Source of the DNA: the human T2T-CHM13v2.0 reference genome, Homo sapiens | Assembly: GCF_009914755.1 (NCBI RefSeq) | Contig: NC_060939.1 | Reading direction: 5' to 3' (one strand) | Length of the DNA: 64,000 nt | Shown: piece after piece, positions 12,612 to 23,099 of the stretch | How the letters are laid out: each line of letters starts with the position of its first letter | Numbering within the stretch: the stretch's first letter is position 1 | Notes under the pieces: model-generated | The model's input: only the letters and a program-made list of their open reading frames with translations | Database searches by the model: none | What the model was told of the DNA's origin: nothing | Made by a program: the position numbers and the translations under genes

Positions 12612-13733
12612 GAAAAGTAATATTATTCTAGAAGTAAAAGTAGAATCAAGAGAAGAGTGAACTGAAACCTACCTGATCCTGTTATTTATGTAGACATCAT
12701 AAGTAGCCGTGTCTTAGCCAAATATTTCCTGCAATGTAATTAAATTAGGAGAAAAAAATATCAATGACTGTTAGGGTTATGAGTCTTAAGTAGATTCTTC
12801 TACCCACTCCCTTTTTAAGAACACATGTGGCTGCTTTTAAAGGCTCATTTGGAGATAAACGCGGTCTACAGGTTCAACAAGCAGGACAGCGACTGTCTTG
12901 CGCACTTGGGAAAGAGTGGTCCCAATACTGCCTGAATGGGTATAGAGACATGACATTGCCCTGAAGATCATAGGAATGAAAGTTAATCTTTTCTTTGTCT
13001 CTGATTCGTGGTGCGACTCCAGACAAGCCTTTTAAATCTGTGTTCCTGGGGAGGGGATCTCTATGGTGCCTCCAGAGCTCCCCTTCTATAGTTAACTTAG
13101 ATGAAGCCGTGGTCACATCTGTACCTGAGCGCTGATTAAGGTCTTTGGGTAGTCACTTACAGCAAGCAGGTTCAGCAGGAGGTGGGCAGAGTGGTACCTT
13201 TCCTGGGGCCAACCTTTATTCCTCAGGTACTTAAATATTTGCAGACTCTGCTTTCCACTGTTAATCACATTCAATACAAAGGTCCAATGAAGCCCCCTTC
13301 CCAGGGAAATTTGCATTTCGACAGGGATCACAGCCCTACACTGAGGAGTAGTTGGAGAAACTGGAAAAAGCCCTGGAGCTCCAGAGATGAGTTTCCAATC
13401 CTGGTTTTACCACCCACTCATTTGGTGCCTTCTGTTTTCTGAAATTCAGTTTCTTTAGCTAATGAGAGGGGTGGATGGTAATCTCTGATCTTCCCTCTAA
13501 CTGTTAAAACTATGGCCATCTAGAAATACAGACCTCCGTCAGGTAGTGGAGATCAAGACCAGTTGCCTTGTGAAGGCCAGTCCCAGCCCCAAGTTCCCTC
13601 CCCAGTGACCATATCTATACATAGTCAAGCATCCCACAGCAGTGGGTGGGGTGGTAAGAAGAAAACTAGATTCAGGTAAGCCACAGGCAATGTTCTATGC
13701 CTCAGTTTCTCAAATTAAACAATGAAGATACTA

Positions 13734-14026
13734 CAGTTGACCTTCCATATCTGTGGGTTCCACATCCCCAGATTCAATGGCAGATCGAAAATATCCAAAA
13801 AAAGAAACAAAAAATCAAAAAATGATACAAATAAAAATCAATACAGTATAACAATTATTTACACAGTGTTTACACTGTATAAGGTATCATAAGTAATCTA
13901 GAGATGATAAAGCATAAGGGGGGGATGTGTGTAGGTTATATGCAAATACTACATTATTTTATATAATGGTCTTGAGAATCTGTGGATTGGTATCCTTGGA
14001 GGTCTTAAATCCCATCCCCTGTGGAT
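13734..14026. mobile_element. TcMar-Tigger non-autonomous element (Tigger3a/MER2 type), right end truncated
   Basis: TA|CAGTTGACCTTCCATATCTGTGGGTTCCACATC...AAGTAATCTAGAGATGAT...GTAGGTTATATGCAAATACTAC. Confidence 0.88.
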
Positions 14027-14374
14027 GGGATCATTTCAGCATCGCAGCTCCTTATCTGTGTATACAGTCGATCAAGTGTCGACTCATCTGATGACTTATC
14101 TGACGTCTGAAGAGGAGTAGAGGAGACTTGGTGTCCAACAGAGTCTAGGCTGGGTTCATGACATGATTCATGAGCCAGAACCACATATTCTTCTCTTTAG
14201 ACAACCTCTTCCAAAAGATCAACAAAAATGAAGTTTATCTGGGAATTGTCAAATCTTTTTCAAATTTAATGTATATATGTATATAAGGTAGTATTCAGTG
14301 AATATTTGAGAAATGTACAAATCTTTCATCCATACCTGTGCACGAGCTATATTCTTCACAGCCACAGAGCTCAG

Positions 14375-14461
14375 GTCCTCACTGGTAAAATTGAGGTAAT
14401 AATAGGCTTTATCTCATAGGGTTCTTGTGAAGGTTAAATGACAAGAGACAAGTAAAGTGCT
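14375..14461 (+). mobile_element. MIR 3' half
   Basis: GTAAAATTGAGGTAATAATAG...TCTCATAGGGTTCTTGTGAAGGTTAAATGA...GTAAAGTGCT. Confidence 0.75.
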
Positions 14462-14520
14462 GTAGCTTAAATACAACTGCAGTAGCTAAATACAACTGCA
14501 AGTTAAATACAGCTGCAAGT
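14462..14520. repeat. Three imperfect tandem copies of a ~19-bp unit (core TAAATACAACTGCA)
   Basis: gtagcttaaatacaactgca / gtagctaaatacaactgca / agttaaatacagctgca. Confidence 0.85.
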
Positions 14521-14829
14521 AGGTTACCGTAAGATGTTTAAGATAAAAGTTCTTCCAGTCAGTTTTTCTCTTAATGTAAGTGCCTGTTTGACTTTACCTG
14601 TTACTTTCGTTCAATAAAGTTTGTGTGTTTCATTTAAAAAAAAATCAGTCAAGCGTCAACTGTATACATAGATAAGGAGTTGTGATGCTGAAATAAACCT
14701 AGATAGTGTTCAGCTTAGCAAATACTTGGTATATGTTTATTTCCCTCTGCCTATCTCTCTATTCTCCACTACCACATTTCAGACTTTATTACTTCTACCA
14801 TTCTCTTCCAAAAGTGTAAGATGGGTATA

Positions 14830-15220
14830 TATAGAAGATTGAACTGCTGGCCCCAATTTTTCACATCCTTCCTATCCATATTCCACTCCCTAAAACCCAT
14901 ATAACTTTGCAGTTTCTCCAACAGAAAGCATATATTTCACACCTGGTTTTGGGTTTGGCCGTGTGACTTAGTTTGGGTTGTTGGCAGATGTGATTCAGAC
15001 AAGGGCTTGAAGTGAGCCTTCACAGTGGGGCTTGTCTCGTGGGCTTCTACCATTGTCATGAGAAAAACATGTCCTGGCTGACTACAGGTTCCAGTAGGGG
15101 GATGAGAGACACAGGACCTGAGATGCCCCATGAGCAAGAAATAAACAGTCACTGTTTTATGCCCTGAGATTTTGAGGGTGTTTGTTCTGCAGCATTATTG
15201 TGACAATAGTTGACCAATTG
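14830..15220 (+). mobile_element. MaLR solo LTR (MLT1H-like)
   Basis: TTTGGCCGTGTGACTT, GGCTTGAAGTG, CATGAGAAAAACATG, AATAAA, GTTTGTTCTGCAGCATTATTGTGACAATAG. Confidence 0.78.
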
Positions 15221-15274
15221 AGTTGCCCTAAGCAAGAGGCAGAGAAATAAAAAAAAATATTAATCTCAGTGTTC

Positions 15275-15520
15275 ACTAATATATATTAAATGTTTACCAT
15301 AGTATAGTTTTAAGCTACTTCACTTGTTTTAAGCACTGTACTTGTCTGTTGTCATTTAACCTTCACAAGAACCCTGTGAGATAAAGCCTATTATTACCTC
15401 AAATTTACCAATGAGGAACTGAGGGAGAGAGAGGTTATGTAACTTGTTCGAAGTCACATAGCAAATGAAAGGCTAAGGAGAGATTTTAACCCAGGTAATC
15501 TGGCTGGGTTCAAAACTACC
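15275..15520 (-). mobile_element. MIR
   Basis: CATTTAACCTTCACAAGAACCCTGTGAGAT...ATGAGGAACTGAGG...GGTTATGTAACTTG...GTCACATAGC. Confidence 0.85.
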
Positions 15521-15628
15521 TATTGTCTTATAATATTTTTATCATCATCATCATCAATAATAATAATAACAGTAATAGTAATTGCTATTACCATTTATTG
15601 AATGCTTGAGAATAGCGAATTTGCATAG

Positions 15629-16203
15629 TGTGGTAGGCAGTTTCTAAGAGGGCTCACAGTGATCCCCACCCACTGGTATCCATACTCTTGTATGATCTCC
15701 CTTTGAATGTGGGCTAGACCTAGTGATTTGCCTCTAAAAACTAGAATATGGCAAAAGTGATAGAATGTCACTTATGAGATTGGGTTACAAAAGGCTGTAA
15801 TTTCTGTCTTCCCTCTGGCTATTTTTTTGTTGTTGTTCTGATGAATCTAACTGGCATGGTGTGAGATGCTCTGTGCATGGGCGGATGTGGCAAGGAACTG
15901 AGCGAGTGCTCCAGGCATTAGCTCATGAGGAACTAAGGCGCCTGTCTCACAGACTGGGCAGAACTGAATTCTTCCCACAACTGTGGGAATGAGCTAGGAA
16001 ATAGGGCCTTCCCAAGAGAGCCTTCCGATGATGGTAGCTTCAGCCCATATCTTGATTGCAGCCTTATGAAACCCCCAGAGCCAGAGGACTCAGCTTAACC
16101 ACACCTGGAGTCCTGACTCACTGAAACGCTAAAAGAAGGAATAAATATTTTAGGCCATTAAATTTCGGAGTGATTTGTTATGCCTCAATCAATAACTAAT
16201 GCA
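15629..16203 (+). mobile_element. MaLR solo LTR (MLT1F-like), full length
   Basis: TGTGGTAGGCAG start, AGAATATGGCAAAAGTGAT, GTGGCAAGGAACTGAG, TTGATTGCAGCCTT, end TAACTAATGCA. Confidence 0.88.
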
Positions 16204-16639
16204 CTGTTACATTCGATTTGTTCCTCATTGCAGTCTTGTGTCTCCATTTTAGAGATAAGGAAATAATTTTGAAGCCAGATCACATGGTATTTGAAATTAG
16301 AACACTTAGAGAGCTATGTTTAGAAATTCCCTGGAGTGAGCCCGTGATAGAATCTGAATGCTGACACTAATCCCTGGTGAGGTGCATTGGTGTCATGGGC
16401 AAGGGGTGCCCCTGAAGGGCCCAGGCAGGACACAGAGAAGAGTCCCAACAGACTTCCCTGCCACAATATGGCTTCCTCCAATGCGGTCCTGCTCTAGTAA
16501 TGGAATAAGATTATTAGTTATTTTTCCAATGAAGGTACTATAGATCCCATTTAAAAAATCCCGTATTTGGTCTGAAGTGGCAGCAGCACATTGTATAGAT
16601 GAAGCTGTTTTATAATCACATTGTAAATTAGTGTGCTGG

Positions 16640-16860
16640 TCTCCGGAAGGATGCTCAGGACAGGCGGGCGAGCATAGGTAGACCAGGCTCTGCAAATGAC
16701 CAGCTAGATGTGTGATTTTGGACAAGTTGCAAAGCCTTTCTGAGCTTCATTGTTCTTACCTTTGAAATTGGGGGTAGTCCCTTCCTAAAAGGACTCTTGT
16801 CAGAAACAAATAGGATAACAGATGCCTGACTCATCGTGACTGCTCATTATGTGCCAGCTG
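16640..16860 (+). mobile_element. MIR
   Basis: CCAGGCTCTGC...TGTGTGATTTTGGACAAGTT...TTTCTGAGCTTCATTGTTCTTACCTTTGAAATTGGGG. Confidence 0.7.
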
Positions 16861-17258
16861 GGATGAACACGTGTGGATAAGGGTTAGCAGGACGATGCAT
16901 TAATGATCTGCTCACCCTCCACCCTATATTACAATCATCTCATGAAAAAAAAGAATGAAATTAATTTTTTGTTCTCTCTCTCCTGAGGGCATAGCTTCTG
17001 TTTTCAGTGTTTGGGTGGGTATTGGAAATAGATTTTGGGTGTCGCAGACAAAAATTGGAGAACCATCCTACCCAAAAGATGACCCCAATATATAGATTGT
17101 GGTTTGGAAGTTGTATTTGTTAAATAGGTTAAAGGCTGTAGCGAGCACCTCAAAGGTTGCAGTGGCTTAACATAAAGCCAAGTTATTCTTCCTCACCTCA
17201 CAATTCAAATGCAGTCAATAGGGGAGCTCTGCTCTGCTCTGCCAGACTCAGCCTGCTG

Positions 17259-17570
17259 CTTCTACTTCCTCTCCTTCCTTCTTTCTTCTTCCCTCCTCCC
17301 TCCTTCTCCTACTCTTTCCTTCTTCCTTCTTTCTTTCTCTTCCTCCCTCCTCCTCCTTCCTTTTTACTCCTTTTTCCTCCTCCTCTTCCTCTTTCTTCCT
17401 TCTTTCTCCCTCCTCCTCCTCCATCTCCTCCTCCTCCTTCTCCTTCTCCTTCTCCTTCTCCTTCTCCTTCTCCTTCTCCTTCTTCTTCTTCTTCTTCTTC
17501 TTCTTCTTCTTCTTCTTCTTCTTCTTCTTCTTCTTCATCTTCTTTTTCTTCCTCTTCCTCTTCTTCCTTG
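17259..17570. repeat. ~310-bp homopyrimidine compound microsatellite including (CCTTCT)8 and pure (CTT)19
   Basis: Counted: CCTTCT units 17436-17483; CTT units 17479-17535. Confidence 0.97.
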
Positions 17571-17687
17571 TTTCTTTTAAGAGACAGGACCTCACTATGT
17601 GTCCTAGACTGGACTCAAACTCCTGGAATCACGGACCTGAGCCTTCCGAGCAGTGCAACCACAGATACACACCATTGCACAGGGCTT
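17571..17687 (-). mobile_element. Fossil Alu monomer (FLAM_A-like), highly diverged
   Basis: GAGACAGGACCTCACTATGTG...GACTGGACTCAAACTCCTGG...AGCCTTCCGAGCAG...CACCATTGCAC. Confidence 0.7.
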
Positions 17688-18527
17688 GGGTTTATTTTAT
17701 CTTGAATCCCCACCATTTTCTGCCTACCCAGAGACCTTTATATCCAGCCAGTAGATGAAAGAGGGCATGGAAGATTCCACAGGAGGTTTTTATGGACCAA
17801 GGCTACATGGGGTGACATGACTCCTGCCCTCATTCTGTCATCTAGAATCTAGTCCCATGGCTCTCACCTAACTGCAAGGGAGTCTGGCAACATGTAGCCT
17901 AGCTTTGTGCCCAAAAAGGAAAGGGACACGGTGTAGTGAACACATAGCGCATCTGTCATTGCAAGTATAGACTACAATCAAAAGCACAAATATTTCCGTG
18001 AGAGATGCAGGGCCAGTGCAATGCAGAAGGGAGTGAGAAGGACTGTGGAGGACCAGCCTGGAGTCTCCCATTCTAAAAGGGCACTCCCATGTGAGCACAT
18101 AGGCTGGCTCCCAGATCTTTCCAGTTTTTAATACAATTGGGAATCTAGATGTTTATGTGAAAACTTCTAATTTTAACATGTTAAGTCCATGAAATAAAAA
18201 AACATAAAATTGTGCAAGCTGAAAGCATATTTACGTAGGTTTCACTTATAGGTGACCAACTTGTATTTTCTGATCTATACGGACTGAGGGGATGAATATC
18301 AAAGAGGGGAAGGCATGGATGCTTGGTGCTTTCAGAGGCAAATGGAAGATGAGGAGTCTTTGATGGCCTTTGGGTTTCCTGAAGAAAAGAGAAGGTTTCC
18401 GGGTTCTGAGAGTGTTGGAGACCATCAAGACAGAAGGATATTTGATAGGCACAGGACCTGATGAAGGGTTAGGGCTTAAATACCTGCCTTGGCCTGGAGC
18501 TGATGGCCATCCTACTAAGGAGCAGAG

Positions 18528-18687
18528 GAAGGGAGGGAATGACTGCTAATGGGTATGAATTTATTCTGGGGCTGATGAAAATGTTCTGGACCTAGTTGCA
18601 GAACCTTGTGATTCTATTAAAACCGTTAATTTGTACGTTTTGAAAAGCGAGGTGTATGGCATGTAAATTGTATCTCAATTTTTAAAA
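18528..18687 (+). mobile_element. L1MB-like 3' end
   Basis: TGACTGCTAATGGGTATG...GGGGCTGATGAAAATGTTCT...TGTAAATTGTATCTCAAT. Confidence 0.8.
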
Positions 18688-19039
18688 GTTTGTGGTGAAG
18701 ATTGTAAATGTTTGGCCATTTGAAAATGCAGCTTTTCAGCAGGGAAGTGTGTAAGGAGACTGTGTCAAAGACTTGGGGGAGTCTGAAAGAACAAAATGAC
18801 AGTTACAGTTATTTTTCTTCACCCTATGAAGTCTGTAAATCTTATCTCCTTAAGATACTTCAAACTCCCAGGAAAGAAATAAAGCTTGACATGGGTTTAT
18901 TAGGTGCCTGTGTTGCTTCCACAAGGCCAGATGACACTGCTGCTTTGCCTCCAGAAGTGCTATTCCATGTTTTAGTCATGAAGCCTCAGTTGTTTCATCT
19001 GTCAAAGATGCCTATTAATGCTGTGTCTATGTGAGGTCA

Positions 19040-19195
19040 TATATAGCAGAGTATATGAGCTCTGGAGTGGGAAGACATGAATTCAAGTTCTGTTTCTATT
19101 ATCTGGTAATATTGGTAACGTTATTTAATTATTGTAAGCTTCAGTTTCCCCCTTTAAAATAATACATGAATTATATCCTCCTGCCATCAAATGAG
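19040..19195 (+). mobile_element. MIR (diverged)
   Basis: GCTCTGGAGT...AGACATGAATTCAAGTTC...GTTATTTAA...GCTTCAGTTTCC. Confidence 0.6.
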
Positions 19196-19532
19196 ACTGT
19201 GTAGTAGTGACAACTCTTGATTGCAAGTGACAGAAATCCAAATCAAATTGGACTGAATGCAAAAGGGAAGTTTTGGCTGACAGAATTAAAATTCCAGAGA
19301 CAGGTAGTCCTGAGGCATGGCCAGACGCGGGAGCTCAAATTGTAGTGCCAGGGCTCATATTCACTATGTCCATCCCTCGGCCACACTTTCCTCTGAGTTG
19401 ACTCCACCCACAGGCAGCCTCTGCCTTAGTGGTGGTACACTGGTGCCAACAACCACTGCAGGTTCACATTTTAACTCTTAGCAGCTGCCCCTGGGGAGTG
19501 GAGTGGGAAGGGCAGGAAAACACTCCATTTTC

Positions 19533-20205
19533 TTTTTTTTCTCTTTTTTTTTTATTATACTTTAAGTTTTAGGGTACATGTGCACAAAGTGCAGGTTAGT
19601 TACATATATATACATTTGCCATGTTGGTGTGCTGCACCCAGCAACTCGTCATTTACATTACGTATATCTCCTAATGCTATCCCTTCTCCCTCCCCGCAAC
19701 CCACAACAGGCCCTGGTGTGTGATGTTCCCTTTCCTGTATCGATGTGTTCTCATTGTTCAATTCCCACCTCTGAGTGAGAACATGCGGTGTTTGGTTTTT
19801 TGTCCTTGCGATAGTTTGCTGAGAATGATGGTTTCCAGTTTCATCCATGTCCCTGCAAAGGACATGAACTCATCATTTTTTATGGCTGCATAGTATTCCA
19901 TGGTGTATATGTGCTACATTTTCTTAACCCAGTCTATCATTGTTGGACATTTGGCTTGGTTCCAAGTCTTTGCTATTGTGAATAGTGCTGCAATAAACAT
20001 ACGTGTGCATGTGTCTTTATAGCAGCATGATTTATAATCCTTTGGGTATATACCCAGTAATGGGATTGCTGGGTCATGTGGTATTTCTAGTTCTAGATCC
20101 CTGAGGAATTGCCACACTAACTTCCACAATGGTTGAACTAGTTTACAGTCCCACCAACAGTGTAAAAGTGTTCCTATTTCTCCACATCCTCTCCAGCACT
20201 TGTTG
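19533..20205 (-). mobile_element. 5'-truncated primate L1PA (about PA3-PA5), ~670 bp, with an 18-bp TSD
   Basis: TTATTATACTTTAAGTTTTAGGGTACATGTGCAC 3' end; ORF2p C-terminus CWRGCGEIGTLLHCWWDC; GGAAAACACTCCATTTTC at 19515-19532 and 20206-20223. Confidence 0.97.
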
Positions 20206-20449
20206 GGAAAACACTCCATTTTCAAAACCTCAGAACCCCTGGAAAGAAATACATTCTTTTGCCTAGCAAAAGTTTGAACCTAGTGGAAATTACAGGGACT
20301 TTTCCTTCCCAAACCAATTATTTTGGCCAAAGGGATGTGACAAGCTACCTGTCTAGGCCCAAGCCATATGCTTTCCTCTCTCAATGAAGTACCAATGAGG
20401 GAGGGTGGTTCCCCCATGGAAATTTTGGGTGACATTGGTGAAAAAGAGG

Positions 20450-20806
20450 TGATAGGGTTTGGCTGTTTCCCACCCAAATCTCATCTTAAATTGTAGCCCC
20501 CATAATTCCCCTGTGTTGAGGGAGGGACCCAGACCTAAAGAGAGATAATTGAATATGGGGACAGTTCCCCCATGCCGTTCTTGTAGTGAATAAATCTCAC
20601 AAGATCAGATGTTTTTACAAGGGGTTTCCCTTTCTGCTTGGCTCTCATATTCTCTCTTGTCTGCCGCTATGTAAGACGTGCCTTTCACCATGACTGTGAG
20701 GCCTCCCTAGCCATGTGGAACTGTGAATCCATTAAACCTCTTTTTCCTTATAAATTACCCAGTCTTGGGTATGTCTTTATCAGCAGTGTGAAAATGGACT
20801 AATACA
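20450..20806 (+). mobile_element. THE1 solo LTR (THE1C-like)
   Basis: TGATAGGGTTTGGCTG...CCCAAATCTCATCTT...ATTAAACCTC...ATCAGCAGTGTGAAAATGGACTAATACA. Confidence 0.95.
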
Positions 20807-20853
20807 AAAAGGATAGGTAACGAGTAGAGGAAAATAGCAGATGGCATTGTACA

Positions 20854-21118
20854 GAACTGTTTTCAATGTCTTTTGATTATCACCTAAATTTAAAAAAAAT
20901 ACATTTTACAAGAGAACCTGGTACACACATATATATGAATGAGACAATTTCAAGAAAGAAAACCAAGCATACTGCATGTGATTGACTCTGATATTTTCCA
21001 TTCTCTCCCATTCTTTTCTGTTCTATCCTCTTTTATTTCATTAAATATAAAATTGTTATCCAGTAATTTTATTTTACAACTCACAAATAGGTTTTAACCA
21101 GCAGTTTAGAAAACACTT
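20854..21118. mobile_element. Probable hAT-Charlie type MITE remnant
   Basis: Termini CTGTTTTCAA...CAGTTTAGAAAACACT and internal ACTCTGATATTTTC resemble Charlie/MER MITEs. Confidence 0.5.
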
Positions 21119-21798
21119 CTTTCCAAGAAACATGGTAAAAGAGCACCATAAAGTAGTAAAGCACTATTCAAATGTTCACATAACAATGTATATTAGTGTT
21201 CACATAAGGTCAAGGCCATATTATTTTTACAAAGAGAATATAAGAAGAAGCGAGCATGACTGATTTGAAACTATAAATTGCTGATGCCTCAGTGATTATC
21301 CAAGGGCAGGATGTGTGGATTGACGAAAGCATTCTAACTTTGTGTGTCCAATGCTTTGATAATAGGTATAACTCTTAGGCTTAGGGTTCACTTGTAAGTA
21401 AAATGGGCCCCAAATAACAATGACTTAAAGAAGATAGGAGTTAATGATTTCTTCCTCACGTTAAAGTATGGAGGCAGGAAGCCTAGCACTAAGGTGAGAT
21501 ACTTTTCCATGAAGTCTTCAGTGATATAGGCTTCTCCTGGCTCACAAGGCTACATGCATAGAATGTGCCCTCGTTCTTTTGATTTAGATTGATGACTAGA
21601 GTTTCAGTTATCACAGGTGCAGCTCAGGTGACAGATAAAGGGGTGAAAGGAGAGAGATCATATAGCAGAGGTTGTACCAGCCAACTTTTCAGAAAATTTC
21701 CCAGCAGCTGGCAAGTTCCTTTATATCTCCTTGGCCAAGTCTAGCTGCAGGAGAGCCTAGAAAAACTGTCTAGTTTAAAAGCAGAGATTTTATTATTC

Positions 21799-22965
21799 TG
21801 TATGTAAGTTAGCTTTTTCTATGAAACAAGTCACCCCAAAATTCAGTGGTGCAAATAACAATCATCTTATTTAGCACATAGCTCTCTGGGTCAGGGAGGC
21901 AATTATTTGCTCTGGCCCAGTGTGCCTGACTTCAGTTGGCCCTGCTCATGGGTCAAGGTCAGCTGGTAGGGCAGCTTCACATACAAGTGTGGTGGTTGGA
22001 AGGCTGTTTTTTGGCTTGGCTCACCTCCATATGGGTTCTCATCCTCCAGTGGGCTACCTGGGACTCATTACGCTGTGCTTTCAGGGCTGCAGGTACAGCA
22101 AGTCCTCACTTAACATTGTCCTCAATAGGTTACTGTAACTTCAAGCAAAACAATGCATAAGGAAACCAGTTTTACCACAGTGTAGCAATATACCATAGGA
22201 ACTTCACTTTTGTTTATATCAATTACCGTAGGCTAATGATATAAGGCTATTACTATAGGCTAATTGATATGAAGGAGTTAAGCTCCTATAGCATGTTTCT
22301 GGTCACAAAACCACCACCAAACTGCTAGATAGAGACCAAAACAGTTCTAATATTAAACATTAAAATTAATGTGAACTATACAAGCATTTAAGAAAGATTA
22401 ATAAGTATAAGTAAGTAATTATTTACCCAAGTAAGTTAGTTAGGTAAGTTAATTATTTACCCAATTATTCAAGTTCAGGGTCATGGCACCTCAGGGAGCA
22501 AAGTGAGATCCCTCCCCCCACAGAGGATGCCATTCCATCACGACGCACATTCACACACACCCATGCTCACCCAGACTGGGACCATGATGACATACCAATG
22601 AACCTAATGTGCACGTCCTTGGGGATGTGGAGGAAACCGGAGTATCTGGAGGAAACTCATGCAGACATGGGGAGAATGTGTAAACTCAACATAGACAGTG
22701 GCCCTGGCCAGTAATTGATTTTATTTTCTCATCAGTGTTGTAATGAGATGATGTTGAACAAAATGATGTTATTCAAGAACCTGCTATACAATCTAAAGGG
22801 GCAAGCTCCAATGTGTCAAATGTTTTCAAGCCTTTGCTTGAGCCACATTTGTTGATGTTCCATTGGCCGAAAAGGCTAACCCTGATTCAGAGGGTAGAGA
22901 AATACACTCTACCTCTGGATGGGAAGGGAATAAATTCATGGACGTTTATTGCAATTTGTTACACA
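21799..22965 (-). mobile_element. Middle MaLR LTR (MLT1G/H-like) of the nested stack
   Basis: CACCCCAAAATTCAGTGG...AACAATCATCTTATTTAGC; resumes after MER82 with TTTTCAAGCC...CCATTGGCC...ACCTCTGGATGGGA. Confidence 0.7.
22096..22786 (-). mobile_element. MER82 (TcMar-Tigger) full length with TA TSDs
   Basis: TA|CAGCAAGTCCTCACTTAAC...GTTATTCAAGAACCTGCTA|TA; internal GGAGGAAACCGGAGTA...GCAGACATGGGGAGAATGTG. Confidence 0.92.
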
Positions 22966-23099
22966 ATAGAATAAGAAAAGAACAAACATTTATGGGAGAA
23001 CTAGCAGTCTCATGTTTCACCATGAGAAATATTACACTACCTCCACCAATGTCTATTGTTCCAAACTAGTTATGACTAACTTCCTGCATTTTATCTTCA

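Larger units (their letters stand above)
17112..17963 (-). mobile_element. MaLR solo LTR (MLT1J2-like) split by a 7SL-derived monomer and its expanded tail
   Basis: CAGTGGCTTAACA in the left part; CCTAACTGCAAGGGAGTCTGG...TGTAG...TGTGCCCA...GTGAACACATAGC in the right part. Confidence 0.72.
19200..20853 (-). mobile_element. MaLR solo LTR (MLT1K/L-like) interrupted by L1PA and THE1 insertions
   Basis: TTGCAAGTGACAGAAATCCAAATCAAA at one end; AACCAATTATTTTGGCCA and GGGTGGTTCCCC in the middle; AAATAGCAGATGGCATTGTACA at the other end. Confidence 0.7.
21366..23015 (-). mobile_element. Outer MaLR LTR (MLT1J-like) of a nested stack
   Basis: CCAAATAACAATGACTTAAAGAAGATAG; CTAGCTGCAGGAGAGCCT; resumes after 22965 with GGGAGAACTAGCAGTCTC. 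Confidence 0.65.

Noticed and set aside
14462-14520. Short direct repeats here and at 10221-10253 as a CRISPR-like array
   Set aside because: Adjacent slippage duplications without unique spacers, in a mammalian genome
17157-17705. ORFs with poly-S, poly-L, poly-K/E
   Set aside because: Translations of the CTT/CCTTCT microsatellite
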